Shown in pieces: positions 18,890 through 27,719 of a DNA stretch of 64,000 nucleotides; the stretch's first letter is position 1, and each line of letters starts with the position of its first letter. Source of the DNA: an uncultured Nitrospiraceae bacterium. GTDB lineage: Bacteria; Nitrospirota; Thermodesulfovibrionia; Thermodesulfovibrionales; Dissulfurispiraceae. The position numbers and the translations under genes are program-made. The stretch lies in the NCBI GenBank assembly GCA_963727805.1, contig CAVSHF010000005.1, positions 416,001 through 480,000 of the forward strand. The letters are read 5' to 3'. Below the pieces are notes generated by a model. It was not told the DNA's origin. It saw only the letters and a list, made by a program, of their open reading frames with translations, and ran no database searches.

Positions 18890-20086
18890 ATGCGCCAGTC
18901 TCGTGGTGTGGAGGTGGCGGATATCTTACGCCGCTACGGCTCCGATTATCGGCAGTCTCATTCCTTGCCTCTTCGTCATCTGCGGGCCATGCACGCCGTG
19001 GAGATATGCAGGACGGCAGCACTCGGAGGCCATAGGGACAAGTGCGAGGATTGCGGCCACGTCGAGATATCCTACAACTCCTGCCGGAACAGGCACTGTC
19101 CCAAATGCCAGACCCTGAAAAAAGAACAGTGGATTGAGGCCAGACAACAGGACCTTTTGCCCATCCAGTACTTCCATGTAGTTTTCACTATCCCGTCGGA
19201 ACTCAATCCGGTTGTCATAATGAATCAGAAGGTCATGTATGATCTGCTGTTCCGTTGTGTCTCCGAAACTCTCACCGAACTCTCAAATGACCAGAAGCAT
19301 CTCGGTGCCCGCATCGGCTTCATCAGCATCCTTCATACCTGGGGGCAGAATCTGATGGACCATCCCCATATCCACTGTGTCGTCACCGGAGGCGGCCTGT
19401 CTTGCGACGGAGACAGTTGGGTATCCTGCCGCAAAGGCTTCTTCATTCCGGTCAGGGTAATGTCGGCGTTGTTCCGGGGAAAGTTCCTCGATCATCTGAA
19501 AAGGATCTTTGAAGCGGGTGATCTTATCTTTCCCGGAGGAATAAGTCATCTCGGCGATTCCCATACCTTCGAGATGCTCAGAAGAAAGCTTTATCACAAG
19601 AAGTGGGTTGTCTACTGCAAACCGCCCTTCGACGGAGTTGGCGGCGTCCTGCAATATCTCGGCCGATATACGCACAGGATCGCCATCAGCAACAATCGTA
19701 TAATCGAGGCCGAAAACGGCAAGGTCTCGTTCAAATGGCGTGATTACGCAGATGACGATAAGCACAAGGTGATGACTCTGCAGGCCGATGAGTTCATCAG
19801 AAGATTCCTTCTGCATGTACTGCCGAATCGATACGTTCGGATAAGGCACTTCGGCCTGCTGGCAAACAGGAAACGTAGAGATAACATTGCTGCATGCCGC
19901 GAGCTTCTTGACAGTCACAACACCGTAATGAAAGAGCAGGACAAGCCTGAGACCTGGCAGGAACAGCTGCTAAGGATCTGCGGCATTGACGTCACCACCT
20001 GCCCCGTTTGCAAAAAAGGCAAGATGCGCCGAATTGAGATTCTGCCTCCCCGCCGCTGCAACGATCCTCCGGAGCAATGCCGATGA
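18890..20086 (+). CDS. IS91-family transposase
   Basis: Same translation as 3528-4724. Confidence 0.93.
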   Translation: MRQSRGVEVADILRRYGSDYRQSHSLPLRHLRAMHAVEICRTAALGGHRDKCEDCGHVEISYNSCRNRHCPKCQTLKKEQWIEARQQDLLPIQYFHVVFTIPSELNPVVIMNQKVMYDLLFRCVSETLTELSNDQKHLGARIGFISILHTWGQNLMDHPHIHCVVTGGGLSCDGDSWVSCRKGFFIPVRVMSALFRGKFLDHLKRIFEAGDLIFPGGISHLGDSHTFEMLRRKLYHKKWVVYCKPPFDGVGGVLQYLGRYTHRIAISNNRIIEAENGKVSFKWRDYADDDKHKVMTLQADEFIRRFLLHVLPNRYVRIRHFGLLANRKRRDNIAACRELLDSHNTVMKEQDKPETWQEQLLRICGIDVTTCPVCKKGKMRRIEILPPRRCNDPPEQCR

Positions 20087-20473
20087 AAACCGTGGTCGTT
20101 TCAAAAATCGCCTCAATATCGCCCCGCGAAAAAAACATCTCTTTTCGCAACACGGTCTTGTTGTCCGAAAACGCCACTTTCGGCCCTTGCACATCATCGC
20201 AAAGGTCAAACAGGGGCATTAAAGACGCTGCCTATCAGCCTTGTTCAGCAAGACTTGCTCCTATATATCCTAAAAGATGCCACTGCCGATAGTATAAGGA
20301 AGGATAATCTTCGATTGAATTGACATATCCGCACAGCGGCTTAGTCCTTCACACGTCAATCCGCAACTTCGCAGCGGATTGACGCTTATTCGTACCCAAG
20401 AATTTGATTTCAACAGTTATTTTCCGAAATCATCATTTTTGGTGAGATAGCCGTGGTGTTGACTTTCAGTCAA

Positions 20474-21670
20474 CTATACAGCAGCCACCTCCTTTTTAAA
20501 CGGGATTCTGTTTGTAAGCATAGAGAAGATAACCCTGATCAGCTTGTGAGTGGTGGCCATTAATGCCTTCATCTTAGGCAATCCTTCAGCGATTCGTCTA
20601 AGGTAATATTCTCTGAATATATTGTCAGATCTTATTGTACAGAGTGTAATAAGATGGCTGATGCGCCTCATATGACGATTCCCTCGTTTTGATATTTTAC
20701 TTGGCCCCACATGCTTCCCTGACTGATGAGTCGATGGATCGAGCCCCATGTAAGCTATCAAACTCTTATATGATTTGAAGTTGGACAGCTCTCCCATCTC
20801 AGCCAGAAAGCTGCTGCCAAGAATGTCTTTCACCCCATCGAGAGTCTTCATTATCTCAAGATCTTCGATCCGTGTTGCCTCACACGCATCCACCAATGCC
20901 TCGGTAATCTTCTCACACTTCTCCTGAAGATACAGGATCGTGGTTGCCTTCTCAGAGACAATGAGCTCCTTCGCTTTACCAGCTGAGCCCACCGAGCGCT
21001 TTGCAGCAGCAATAAGATCGTCGGCACTAATCTGGACCCTCTTGCGCTTCTCCCCAGGGCAGATGAGCGCTTTGTCGATATCTTTCCTCTTGGCCTCCCG
21101 AATTAATCTGGCTGAAGGATACTGCCTAATAAAGTTCAGCATCGTATCAGTGTAAATATTCTTGCGGAGTGTCTCAAACTCAGGGAAAGTGCTCTGCAGC
21201 AGCCGTTTGAGGTCATTCTTAAGTGTTGCGATCAGCCATGACTGAGACTCTCTTTCCCTGGCCAGATCCCTGAGATCCTGTGCATCCTGGGACTCGGTCA
21301 CGGAGTAAAGCTTCTTTTCATTGTTCAGAAGAAACTGCGCTATGGTCATCGCATCCTTCTTATCTGTCTTGGTCTTTCTCAATGACCCCTGAACAAACTT
21401 GGATATTAGAAGCGGATTGACTACCGCACAACGAAGTCCCTCCGCACATAGGAAGGAAAAGAGGTTGATATGATAACAGCCGGTGGACTCCATCGTAACA
21501 GCAATATCATCCAGGTTCACAGCGCATCTTTTAATCGCAGTCCGAAGCTCTGCGAACCCCGCTGAGTCCATTGAGAACCTTAAATAAAAAAGCTTCTTTT
21601 CGTCACTGTCGATGCTTTGGGCAGTCGAGTGCTCTTTTGACACATCGATGCCAATGAATGCTTTGCTCAT
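20474..21670 (-). CDS. IS110-family DEDD recombinase A
   Basis: IGIDVSK, MESTG, KTDKKDA, HQSGK, ISKRGN; start moved to MSKAF. Confidence 0.93.
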   Translation of the reverse strand: MSKAFIGIDVSKEHSTAQSIDSDEKKLFYLRFSMDSAGFAELRTAIKRCAVNLDDIAVTMESTGCYHINLFSFLCAEGLRCAVVNPLLISKFVQGSLRKTKTDKKDAMTIAQFLLNNEKKLYSVTESQDAQDLRDLARERESQSWLIATLKNDLKRLLQSTFPEFETLRKNIYTDTMLNFIRQYPSARLIREAKRKDIDKALICPGEKRKRVQISADDLIAAAKRSVGSAGKAKELIVSEKATTILYLQEKCEKITEALVDACEATRIEDLEIMKTLDGVKDILGSSFLAEMGELSNFKSYKSLIAYMGLDPSTHQSGKHVGPSKISKRGNRHMRRISHLITLCTIRSDNIFREYYLRRIAEGLPKMKALMATTHKLIRVIFSMLTNRIPFKKEVAAV

Positions 21671-21689
21671 TTCCAAGCGCCTCCCACAT

Positions 21690-21860
21690 AGGATCTTAGG
21701 CAGGATGCCTCCCAACCATATCTCCATGTTTACAAGAGCTCTTAGCCCGATCAACTTATCATGGTTTTTGGGAGGCAGGGAACTGACTGAAAAAAGGATT
21801 CAATGACCCTGTAGCAAACCACGTTCTCCTGCCTCTTTATGAACGGTTAACAACCGTCCA
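21690..21860 (-). ncRNA. Candidate bridge RNA of IS110 element A
   Basis: 5' hairpin GGACGGTT..AACCGTTC, stem GAGGCAGG..CCTGCCTC, short matches to the flank and the circle junction. Confidence 0.55.
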
Positions 21861-21929
21861 TATTATCGTTATACCATATTTGATGTGTAGGAGTAGCACC
21901 AATTCAGCGGCCTCGATATTGCTGCCGCG

Positions 21930-22034
21930 ATGACTTCGACATGTATCCGAGCTCGCCAATTTATTGGCTATGGTGTCAGATTTTTTTGGAAATAAATGGT
22001 GGCTCTCGTAGCAGATGATGAAGAGTACGTGCAG
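21930..22034 (+). repeat. 105-bp direct repeat, copy 2
   Basis: Matches 17732-17836. Confidence 0.9.
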
Positions 22035-22179
22035 AAAGCAATAGTTTGCTTGATCTATTTTTCTGTCTGTCCGGAGAGCATATTCTCACAGACCCTGGTT
22101 TATTATTGTCAAGTACTTTCCCTTCCCCTTCTATGGGAACTCATTGGATATCGCATTATATGTTCCTTATGCTTAATTG

Positions 22180-22345
22180 GTGTAGCACCTTGCCCAACAC
22201 TGGTGATTTGAGGGTCTCTACAGAGCCCTAACCTTGCTTCATTGAGACTAAGATGCAAGCGGGGAGTTATGCATGCTACGAATGAGGGTCGGCTCAGCCG
22301 CCTTTGGGTCTGTGATGATAATCTCCCCGCCCTATGCGCCCAAAG
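22180..22345 (-). ncRNA. Bridge/seek RNA of IS110 element B
   Basis: Two stem-loops carrying TCACAGACCC and TTCGTAG (target) and AGCAAG and ACCAG (donor); RNA ends approximate. Confidence 0.75.
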
Positions 22346-22351
22346 TATGAC

Positions 22352-23608
22352 TTATGCAGCCTCCTGTAACAATGTTATTGAGAAGTCTTTTCTGTACACG
22401 CTTTGATCACGCACGATGGCGAATATGATACCAAGAAGTTTCCTTGCAACGGCGATCAAAGCTTTGATCTTGGGCATTCCACGCTGGAGGTACTGTTGAT
22501 ATGGATGATGCATTATTCCTCCTCGGCGCACTGCATTGAGTGCGGCAAAGAACAAGAGTTTACGCAGAAGTGGCCGGCCTCGCTTGGATATGTGCCGTTT
22601 CCCCTGATGTTTACCCGAACTGATCTCATACAGGTCCAGGCCAGCGAGCTTCAGAATCTCTGAGAGGGTTCCAAACTTACGAAAATCACCAACCTCACCA
22701 ATAAGACCGGCAGCTGTGACCTCCTTGATACCCTTGATCGACAGGATCGAATCACTGTATGGGATCTGTTTCAGGTAATAGGCCATCTCTTTTTCCAGAC
22801 TCTCGGTAAAGGACTCAGCTGCATCCATGATAACAAGAAGCTCTCGCATCTCACGGATAATGCTTGCCATGCCTTCGGTCACGCCGACAGATGTTTGAGC
22901 GGCCTCAAAGAGGGCCTTGGCACGGTCTTCCTTAAGTTTTCCACGGCTTATCTTTCTGAGTGTTTTAGTCAAATTATCAAGACCATACTCGACAATATCC
23001 TTTGGTGCCGGACACAGCCTAAGTAGATATCGGGAGCTTAAGATTTTCATATCCTTCATGACATGCAAGAATTCCGGGAATACGATCGCAATCAGACTCT
23101 GGAGTTGATTCACTGAAGCTACAAAACGCTCATTGCTCCTTTCCCTGGCCTGCGTGAGCCTCCGAAGCTCTGCAGCCGGACCTTCCGGTATCACAACTGT
23201 CAGAGCGTGGCCAAGAGCCATGATATCGGCAATGACCTTTGGATCTTTTTGATCGGTCTTGTGAGGCGAATTGCCCTGCAAATCCTTCCCCCTCTTGGTG
23301 TGCATAGGGTTAACCTGTACCATATGCACTCCTCTTGCGCGCATGAAATGCACCAAAGGCTCTGCGAACGAACCAGTAGATTCGTATCCAAACACAATGT
23401 TATCAAGATTATAGAGATTCTTGGCATGCAACACTTGGTTCCAGAACTCTTGAAAACCACCGCCGTTGTTCCAGAAAGCAAAAGGCTTCACATCGGTTCC
23501 GTCCGGACAGCGCCAGTACCCAAAATGTTTGTCTTTGCTCATATCAACACTCACGATCAGGGTTTGTCCGTTGACTACTTTAATCTTTTTTGTTTTAATC
23601 TTATTCAT
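22352..23608 (-). CDS. IS110-family DEDD recombinase B
   Basis: VSVDMSK, YESTG, KTDQKDP, ISSGK, ISKRGR. Confidence 0.93.
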   Translation of the reverse strand: MNKIKTKKIKVVNGQTLIVSVDMSKDKHFGYWRCPDGTDVKPFAFWNNGGGFQEFWNQVLHAKNLYNLDNIVFGYESTGSFAEPLVHFMRARGVHMVQVNPMHTKRGKDLQGNSPHKTDQKDPKVIADIMALGHALTVVIPEGPAAELRRLTQARERSNERFVASVNQLQSLIAIVFPEFLHVMKDMKILSSRYLLRLCPAPKDIVEYGLDNLTKTLRKISRGKLKEDRAKALFEAAQTSVGVTEGMASIIREMRELLVIMDAAESFTESLEKEMAYYLKQIPYSDSILSIKGIKEVTAAGLIGEVGDFRKFGTLSEILKLAGLDLYEISSGKHQGKRHISKRGRPLLRKLLFFAALNAVRRGGIMHHPYQQYLQRGMPKIKALIAVARKLLGIIFAIVRDQSVYRKDFSITLLQEAA

Positions 23609-23868
23609 GGCTATACTCCTTTCTTTGGTTCGGATTTAACCAACTCGCCAATTGGCTCCAAATCAAGAAAGAGTATAGCCTTTTTAAATGGCCATCACTA
23701 CCCTTCTTAAATATAGCAAGCTACGAACCCACGTCTTCAAATACATGACCAAGGTAATGCAGCGTCTTCATTAATGAAGGCTGTCTGCTCATAGCGCCCA
23801 CAACCCGGCGTATCCGGGACTGCGGTTTAAAGAAACATGCAGCTAGCTGCGATTTTGTGGCAATCTAC

Positions 23869-25419
23869 AGTACTGCGCCGGCAAAGACCGATAGCTTCAA
23901 TGGTGCGGATCTGCCCGTCTCATAGCGTGGTCCTGGGTCACGTCTGCGACATTGGTGAGTCCGGCTATGCCAGACATCCCGTTTGAGAGATTGATCAGAG
24001 TGACGTACCCGTACCGGCGTAGCATTCTGGTGAGATAACGGAGGGAACTGTGGGAAGAAGACATCGTGCTTTGACATTGAAGCATCCAAATGCTGCTGGT
24101 ATCGATGTAGGTGCAGAAAGCCATTTTGTGGCAGTACCGCCAGATCGGGACGATGAACCGGTACGGGAGTTCAGGAGTTTTACTGAAGATTTACACCGCA
24201 TAGCGCAGTGGTTGTCTAACTGTGGAGTGGACATAGTGGCGATGGAGTCCACGGGGGTCTACTGGATATCGTTGTATGAGTTCTTAGAGTCAAAAGGATT
24301 CACGGTATATCTGGTGAATGCGCGACATGTCAAAAATGTTTCTGGTCGCAAATCGGATGTATTGGATTGTCAATGGATACAGCAGTTGATGAGTTATGGG
24401 CTTTTGTCGGGTGCCTTTAGGCCTGCAGATGAGATATGCGCATTGAGAGCAGTGTCACGGCAAAGGGAGATGCTTCTTAAGTATCAATCTCAGCATGTAC
24501 AGCACATGCAGAAGGCTCTTGCGCAGATGAATATTCAGATAGTCAATGTTATTGCAGATATCGTAGGGGAGACTGGACAAAAGATAGTGAGAGCAATAAT
24601 CGCTGGAGAGCGTGACCCCTATAAGCTTGCAAGCCTGAGGAACTACCGAGTAAAAGCGAGCGAGGAAGAGATAGCAAAATCATTGCAAGGCAACTGGCGT
24701 CAAGAGCATTTGTTTGCACTTAAACAGGCCGTTGCATTATTTGATGCATACTCGGAGCAGCTTCGTCAGTGTGATTGCCAGCTCCAGAAGATGCTTCAGG
24801 AACTGAAGCGGTATGATGGAGAGCCTACATCTATATATAGTAAAGCGAGATCTCGCAAAAAGAACGAGCCTCAGTTTGATTTGAGGTCATATCTGGTAGG
24901 GATGTGCGGAGTGGATTTGACCCGCATTGATGGAATAGAGGTAACGACTGCGTTGAAAATAATGTCGGAGGTGGGTCCGGATCTGTCGCGGTTTCCATCC
25001 GTAAAGCACTTCACTTCATGGCTGGGTATATGTCCTGGCACTAAGATATCTGGTGGAAAGAAATTATCCGGGAAATCCAGAGCTGGCGCTAACCGTGCAG
25101 CTCAGGCGTTAAGATTAGCCGCTCATGCATTACGTGCGAGCAAGTCGGCATTGGGAGCCTACTATCGTCGTCTATGCTCCAGATTAGACAAAGCCAAAGC
25201 AATTACAGCTGCTGCACATAAATTGGCCCGACTAGTTTATACAATGCTTACAAGGGGAACAGAATATGTGGACAAGGGGCAGGAATACTACGAAGAACGT
25301 TATCGACAGCGTGTTGTCCATAACTTGAACAAAAAGGCTGCGGCTATGGGTTTCGTTCTTATGCCGGCTCCGGAGAAGGCCTGTGGAATGCCATGAGATT
25401 TAAAGCTGTTTCTTGAGAG
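23869..25419 (+). mobile_element. IS110-family element C (non-coding region upstream of the gene)
   Basis: About 180-nt structured leader; right end GTTTCTTGAGAG; candidate AG core. Confidence 0.65.
24050..25396 (+). CDS. IS110-family DEDD recombinase C
   Basis: AGIDVG, MESTGVYW, RKSDVLDC, KISGGK. Confidence 0.93.
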   Translation: MGRRHRALTLKHPNAAGIDVGAESHFVAVPPDRDDEPVREFRSFTEDLHRIAQWLSNCGVDIVAMESTGVYWISLYEFLESKGFTVYLVNARHVKNVSGRKSDVLDCQWIQQLMSYGLLSGAFRPADEICALRAVSRQREMLLKYQSQHVQHMQKALAQMNIQIVNVIADIVGETGQKIVRAIIAGERDPYKLASLRNYRVKASEEEIAKSLQGNWRQEHLFALKQAVALFDAYSEQLRQCDCQLQKMLQELKRYDGEPTSIYSKARSRKKNEPQFDLRSYLVGMCGVDLTRIDGIEVTTALKIMSEVGPDLSRFPSVKHFTSWLGICPGTKISGGKKLSGKSRAGANRAAQALRLAAHALRASKSALGAYYRRLCSRLDKAKAITAAAHKLARLVYTMLTRGTEYVDKGQEYYEERYRQRVVHNLNKKAAAMGFVLMPAPEKACGMP

Positions 25420-25754
25420 AGAAGATCGGGTTTGAGGATGGCACCTGTTATAGATACATTGCAGCATACTACGCGGGGGTAGACACGGGATTAGAAAAGT
25501 CTTGCTTTTTTAACATAGAAGTAATTGAGATTAGACACTACACGGCAATTACGCTTCATTATAAACAGCAATCATCAGGGGCGTATCAAGACTGCACGGA
25601 CTACTGCCCACCATTACTGCCCACCATATGGTTCTTGGCGGTCGCAAGATTTCCGATGCAAACGTGCGTGCCCCCCGCCTAAGCTCGCTTGTGAGGTTCC
25701 TCCAGAACCTTATCATATCAGAACAAAATTTTCTGACTGATCATCAAAAATGGG

Positions 25755-25784
25755 TTGACAAAAAAAGAAAATGGGCAGTAGTAT
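25755..25784 (+). promoter_or_regulatory. Putative sigma70 promoter of the tetR-RND operon
   Basis: TTGACA-18 nt-TAGTAT. Confidence 0.55.
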
Positions 25785-25825
25785 AAACTCTGTTATGTTA
25801 ACATATCATCGTTAAGGAAGCTTTA

Positions 25826-26437
25826 ATGGGAATCCAACAAAAAAGGTCCAAGTACAGGGAGGAGTTTCGCAGAGAGATTCTGGCTGAAGCCCGTAAACTT
25901 TTTATAACTGAGGGCTACGAAAAGTTCACTATGCGTAAGCTCGCCGGGAAAATAGACTATTCTCCGCCCACCATTTATCTTTATTTCAAAAACAAGGATG
26001 ATTTACTATTAGCTATATGTGAAGAAGTTGCGGAACAATATTTTGCAAACCTTAAACTTATAAGGGCGCGTTACACCGATCCTCTCCAGACCCTTCGTCA
26101 AGCTTTACTGTACTTTATAGAGTTCGGATTCAGTAACCCTCAACAATATAAAGTATTTTTCTCCATGAACCCGGATCTTTATGGCAAGAAAGAGGAGTTT
26201 ATGGAAAAGGAGTCCATGGCGAAAAATTCTTATCTTATATTCAGGGAAATTGTGCAGGATTGCATTGATGCAGGCAGGCTTCAGGCGATGGATACAGATG
26301 TGATGACGCAGTCTTTTGCTGTAGCGGTTCAGGGTCTTGTCCTGATGACAATCTACAGAAAAAGTTTTCCATGGGCGGACCGGAATTTGTTAGCTTCTGC
26401 CTTGGTAGATTGTTTGCTTAGAGGGTACCTAAAGTAA
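25826..26437 (+). CDS. TetR/AcrR-family regulator
   Basis: N-terminal HTH TMRKLAGKIDYSPPTIYLYFKNK. Confidence 0.93.
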   Translation: MGIQQKRSKYREEFRREILAEARKLFITEGYEKFTMRKLAGKIDYSPPTIYLYFKNKDDLLLAICEEVAEQYFANLKLIRARYTDPLQTLRQALLYFIEFGFSNPQQYKVFFSMNPDLYGKKEEFMEKESMAKNSYLIFREIVQDCIDAGRLQAMDTDVMTQSFAVAVQGLVLMTIYRKSFPWADRNLLASALVDCLLRGYLK

Positions 26438-26481
26438 CTTATAACGTTGTTATGTATTTTTCACTCATGGAGGAAGTTGAC

Positions 26482-27705
26482 ATGACGCTTTTGGAGATGC
26501 TCATACTGAACAAGAAGAAATCCAGCATAATTGCTGTCACTGGAATACTTGCCGCATCTCTTTTTATTGCAGGATGCAAAGACCGGAGTGCTGCAGTCGG
26601 CAATGCGCAAAGCGCACCGCCCGAGGTAAACGTTGTCGCTGTGAAGCCTCATCGCGTGGCGCTTTCAACAGAGCTTCCGGGCCGAACGTCCGCATATTTT
26701 ATTGCTGAGGTGAGACCGCAGGTGAGCGGCATCGTTAAGCAGCGGTTGTTTATCGAAGGTGCTGATGTGAAGGCAGGCGAGGTGCTCTATCAGATAGATC
26801 CTGCCACCTATCAGGCGTCTTTCAACAGTGCAAAGGCCGCACTTGATAAATCCGAAGCCAATCTTGTACCTGCCCGGCTTAAGGCTGAGCGGTACAAAGA
26901 TCTTGTCAAGATCAACGCGGTCAGTCAGCAGGACTACGACGATGCAAGTTCAGCGCTCAAGCAGGCTGAGGCCGATGTAGAGGCAAGTAAGGCAGCGGTC
27001 GAATCTGCGCGCATAAATTTGGCCTATACGAAGGTAACTGCACCCATCTCCGGACGGATCGGCCGGTCATCGGTAACCAGTGGCGCCCTTGTGACGGCCA
27101 ATCAGCCTGCCGCGCTGGCCACCGTACAGCAGCTCAGTCCCATTTATGTTGATGTCACCCAGTCCAGCGCAGACATGCTCCGCCTAAAACGGGATATAGC
27201 CAGCGGCCGTATGAAAAGCAGTGGCGTAGCGCAGACCCCGGTGAAGCTCCTGCTGGAGGACGGCAGTAGCTATCCGTTGGACGGAACCCTCAAGTTTTCT
27301 GAGGTCACAGTCGACCAGACAACAGGCTCCATCACCATACGAGCGGTATTCCCCAACCCAAAGAAGACCCTGCTCCCGGGGATGTTCGTCCGTGCGGTCC
27401 TGGAGGAGGGAGTCGATGAAAGCGCGATTCTTGTACCTCAAATAGGGGTCAGCCGGAACCCGGCAGGAGAAGCAACTGTCATGGTGGTGGGGAACGAAGA
27501 AAAGGCCGAGGCGCGCGTGATAAAAGTAGTCCGTACAGTCGGAGACTCCTGGCTGGTCAGCGACGGGCTCAAGACAGGCGACCGTGTCATCCTTGAAGGG
27601 ATTCAGAAAGTGCGACCCGGAATGCCCGTCAAAGCGGTCGCATCGGCGGACAGGGCAGACAACGCTCCAGCAGGTTCAGCGAATACTGCGGCAGCAAAGA
27701 AGTAG
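26482..27705 (+). CDS. acrA: RND efflux periplasmic adaptor (AcrA/MexA family)
   Basis: Lipobox [28 protein letters not shown]; start after GGAGG. Confidence 0.92.
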   Translation: MTLLEMLILNKKKSSIIAVTGILAASLFIAGCKDRSAAVGNAQSAPPEVNVVAVKPHRVALSTELPGRTSAYFIAEVRPQVSGIVKQRLFIEGADVKAGEVLYQIDPATYQASFNSAKAALDKSEANLVPARLKAERYKDLVKINAVSQQDYDDASSALKQAEADVEASKAAVESARINLAYTKVTAPISGRIGRSSVTSGALVTANQPAALATVQQLSPIYVDVTQSSADMLRLKRDIASGRMKSSGVAQTPVKLLLEDGSSYPLDGTLKFSEVTVDQTTGSITIRAVFPNPKKTLLPGMFVRAVLEEGVDESAILVPQIGVSRNPAGEATVMVVGNEEKAEARVIKVVRTVGDSWLVSDGLKTGDRVILEGIQKVRPGMPVKAVASADRADNAPAGSANTAAAKK

Positions 27706-27719
27706 GGCGGAGCGAATTC

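Larger units (their letters stand above)
17835..20392 (+). mobile_element. IS91-family element carrying a tyrosine recombinase, copy 2
   Basis: Same ORF translations and same ends as 2473-5030. Confidence 0.9.
20445..21893 (-). mobile_element. IS110-family element A (non-coding region upstream of the gene)
   Basis: Recombinase ORF; candidate CT cores (minus strand) at 20445-20446 and 21892-21893; structured leader. Confidence 0.7.
22095..23722 (-). mobile_element. IS110-family element B (non-coding region downstream of the gene, IS1111-like layout)
   Basis: 2-bp core at 22095-22096 and 23721-23722; the joined ends give TTGACA-17-TATATT; guide matches in the NCR. Confidence 0.88.

Noticed and set aside
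21996..22211. 71-aa ORF starting MVALVADDEEYV as a response regulator
   Set aside because: Only the first motif resembles a receiver; the frame runs into IS110-B and I could not rebuild a full domain
25602..25627. 13-bp tandem duplication TACTGCCCACCAT
   Set aside because: Real but isolated; no element or function can be attached to it
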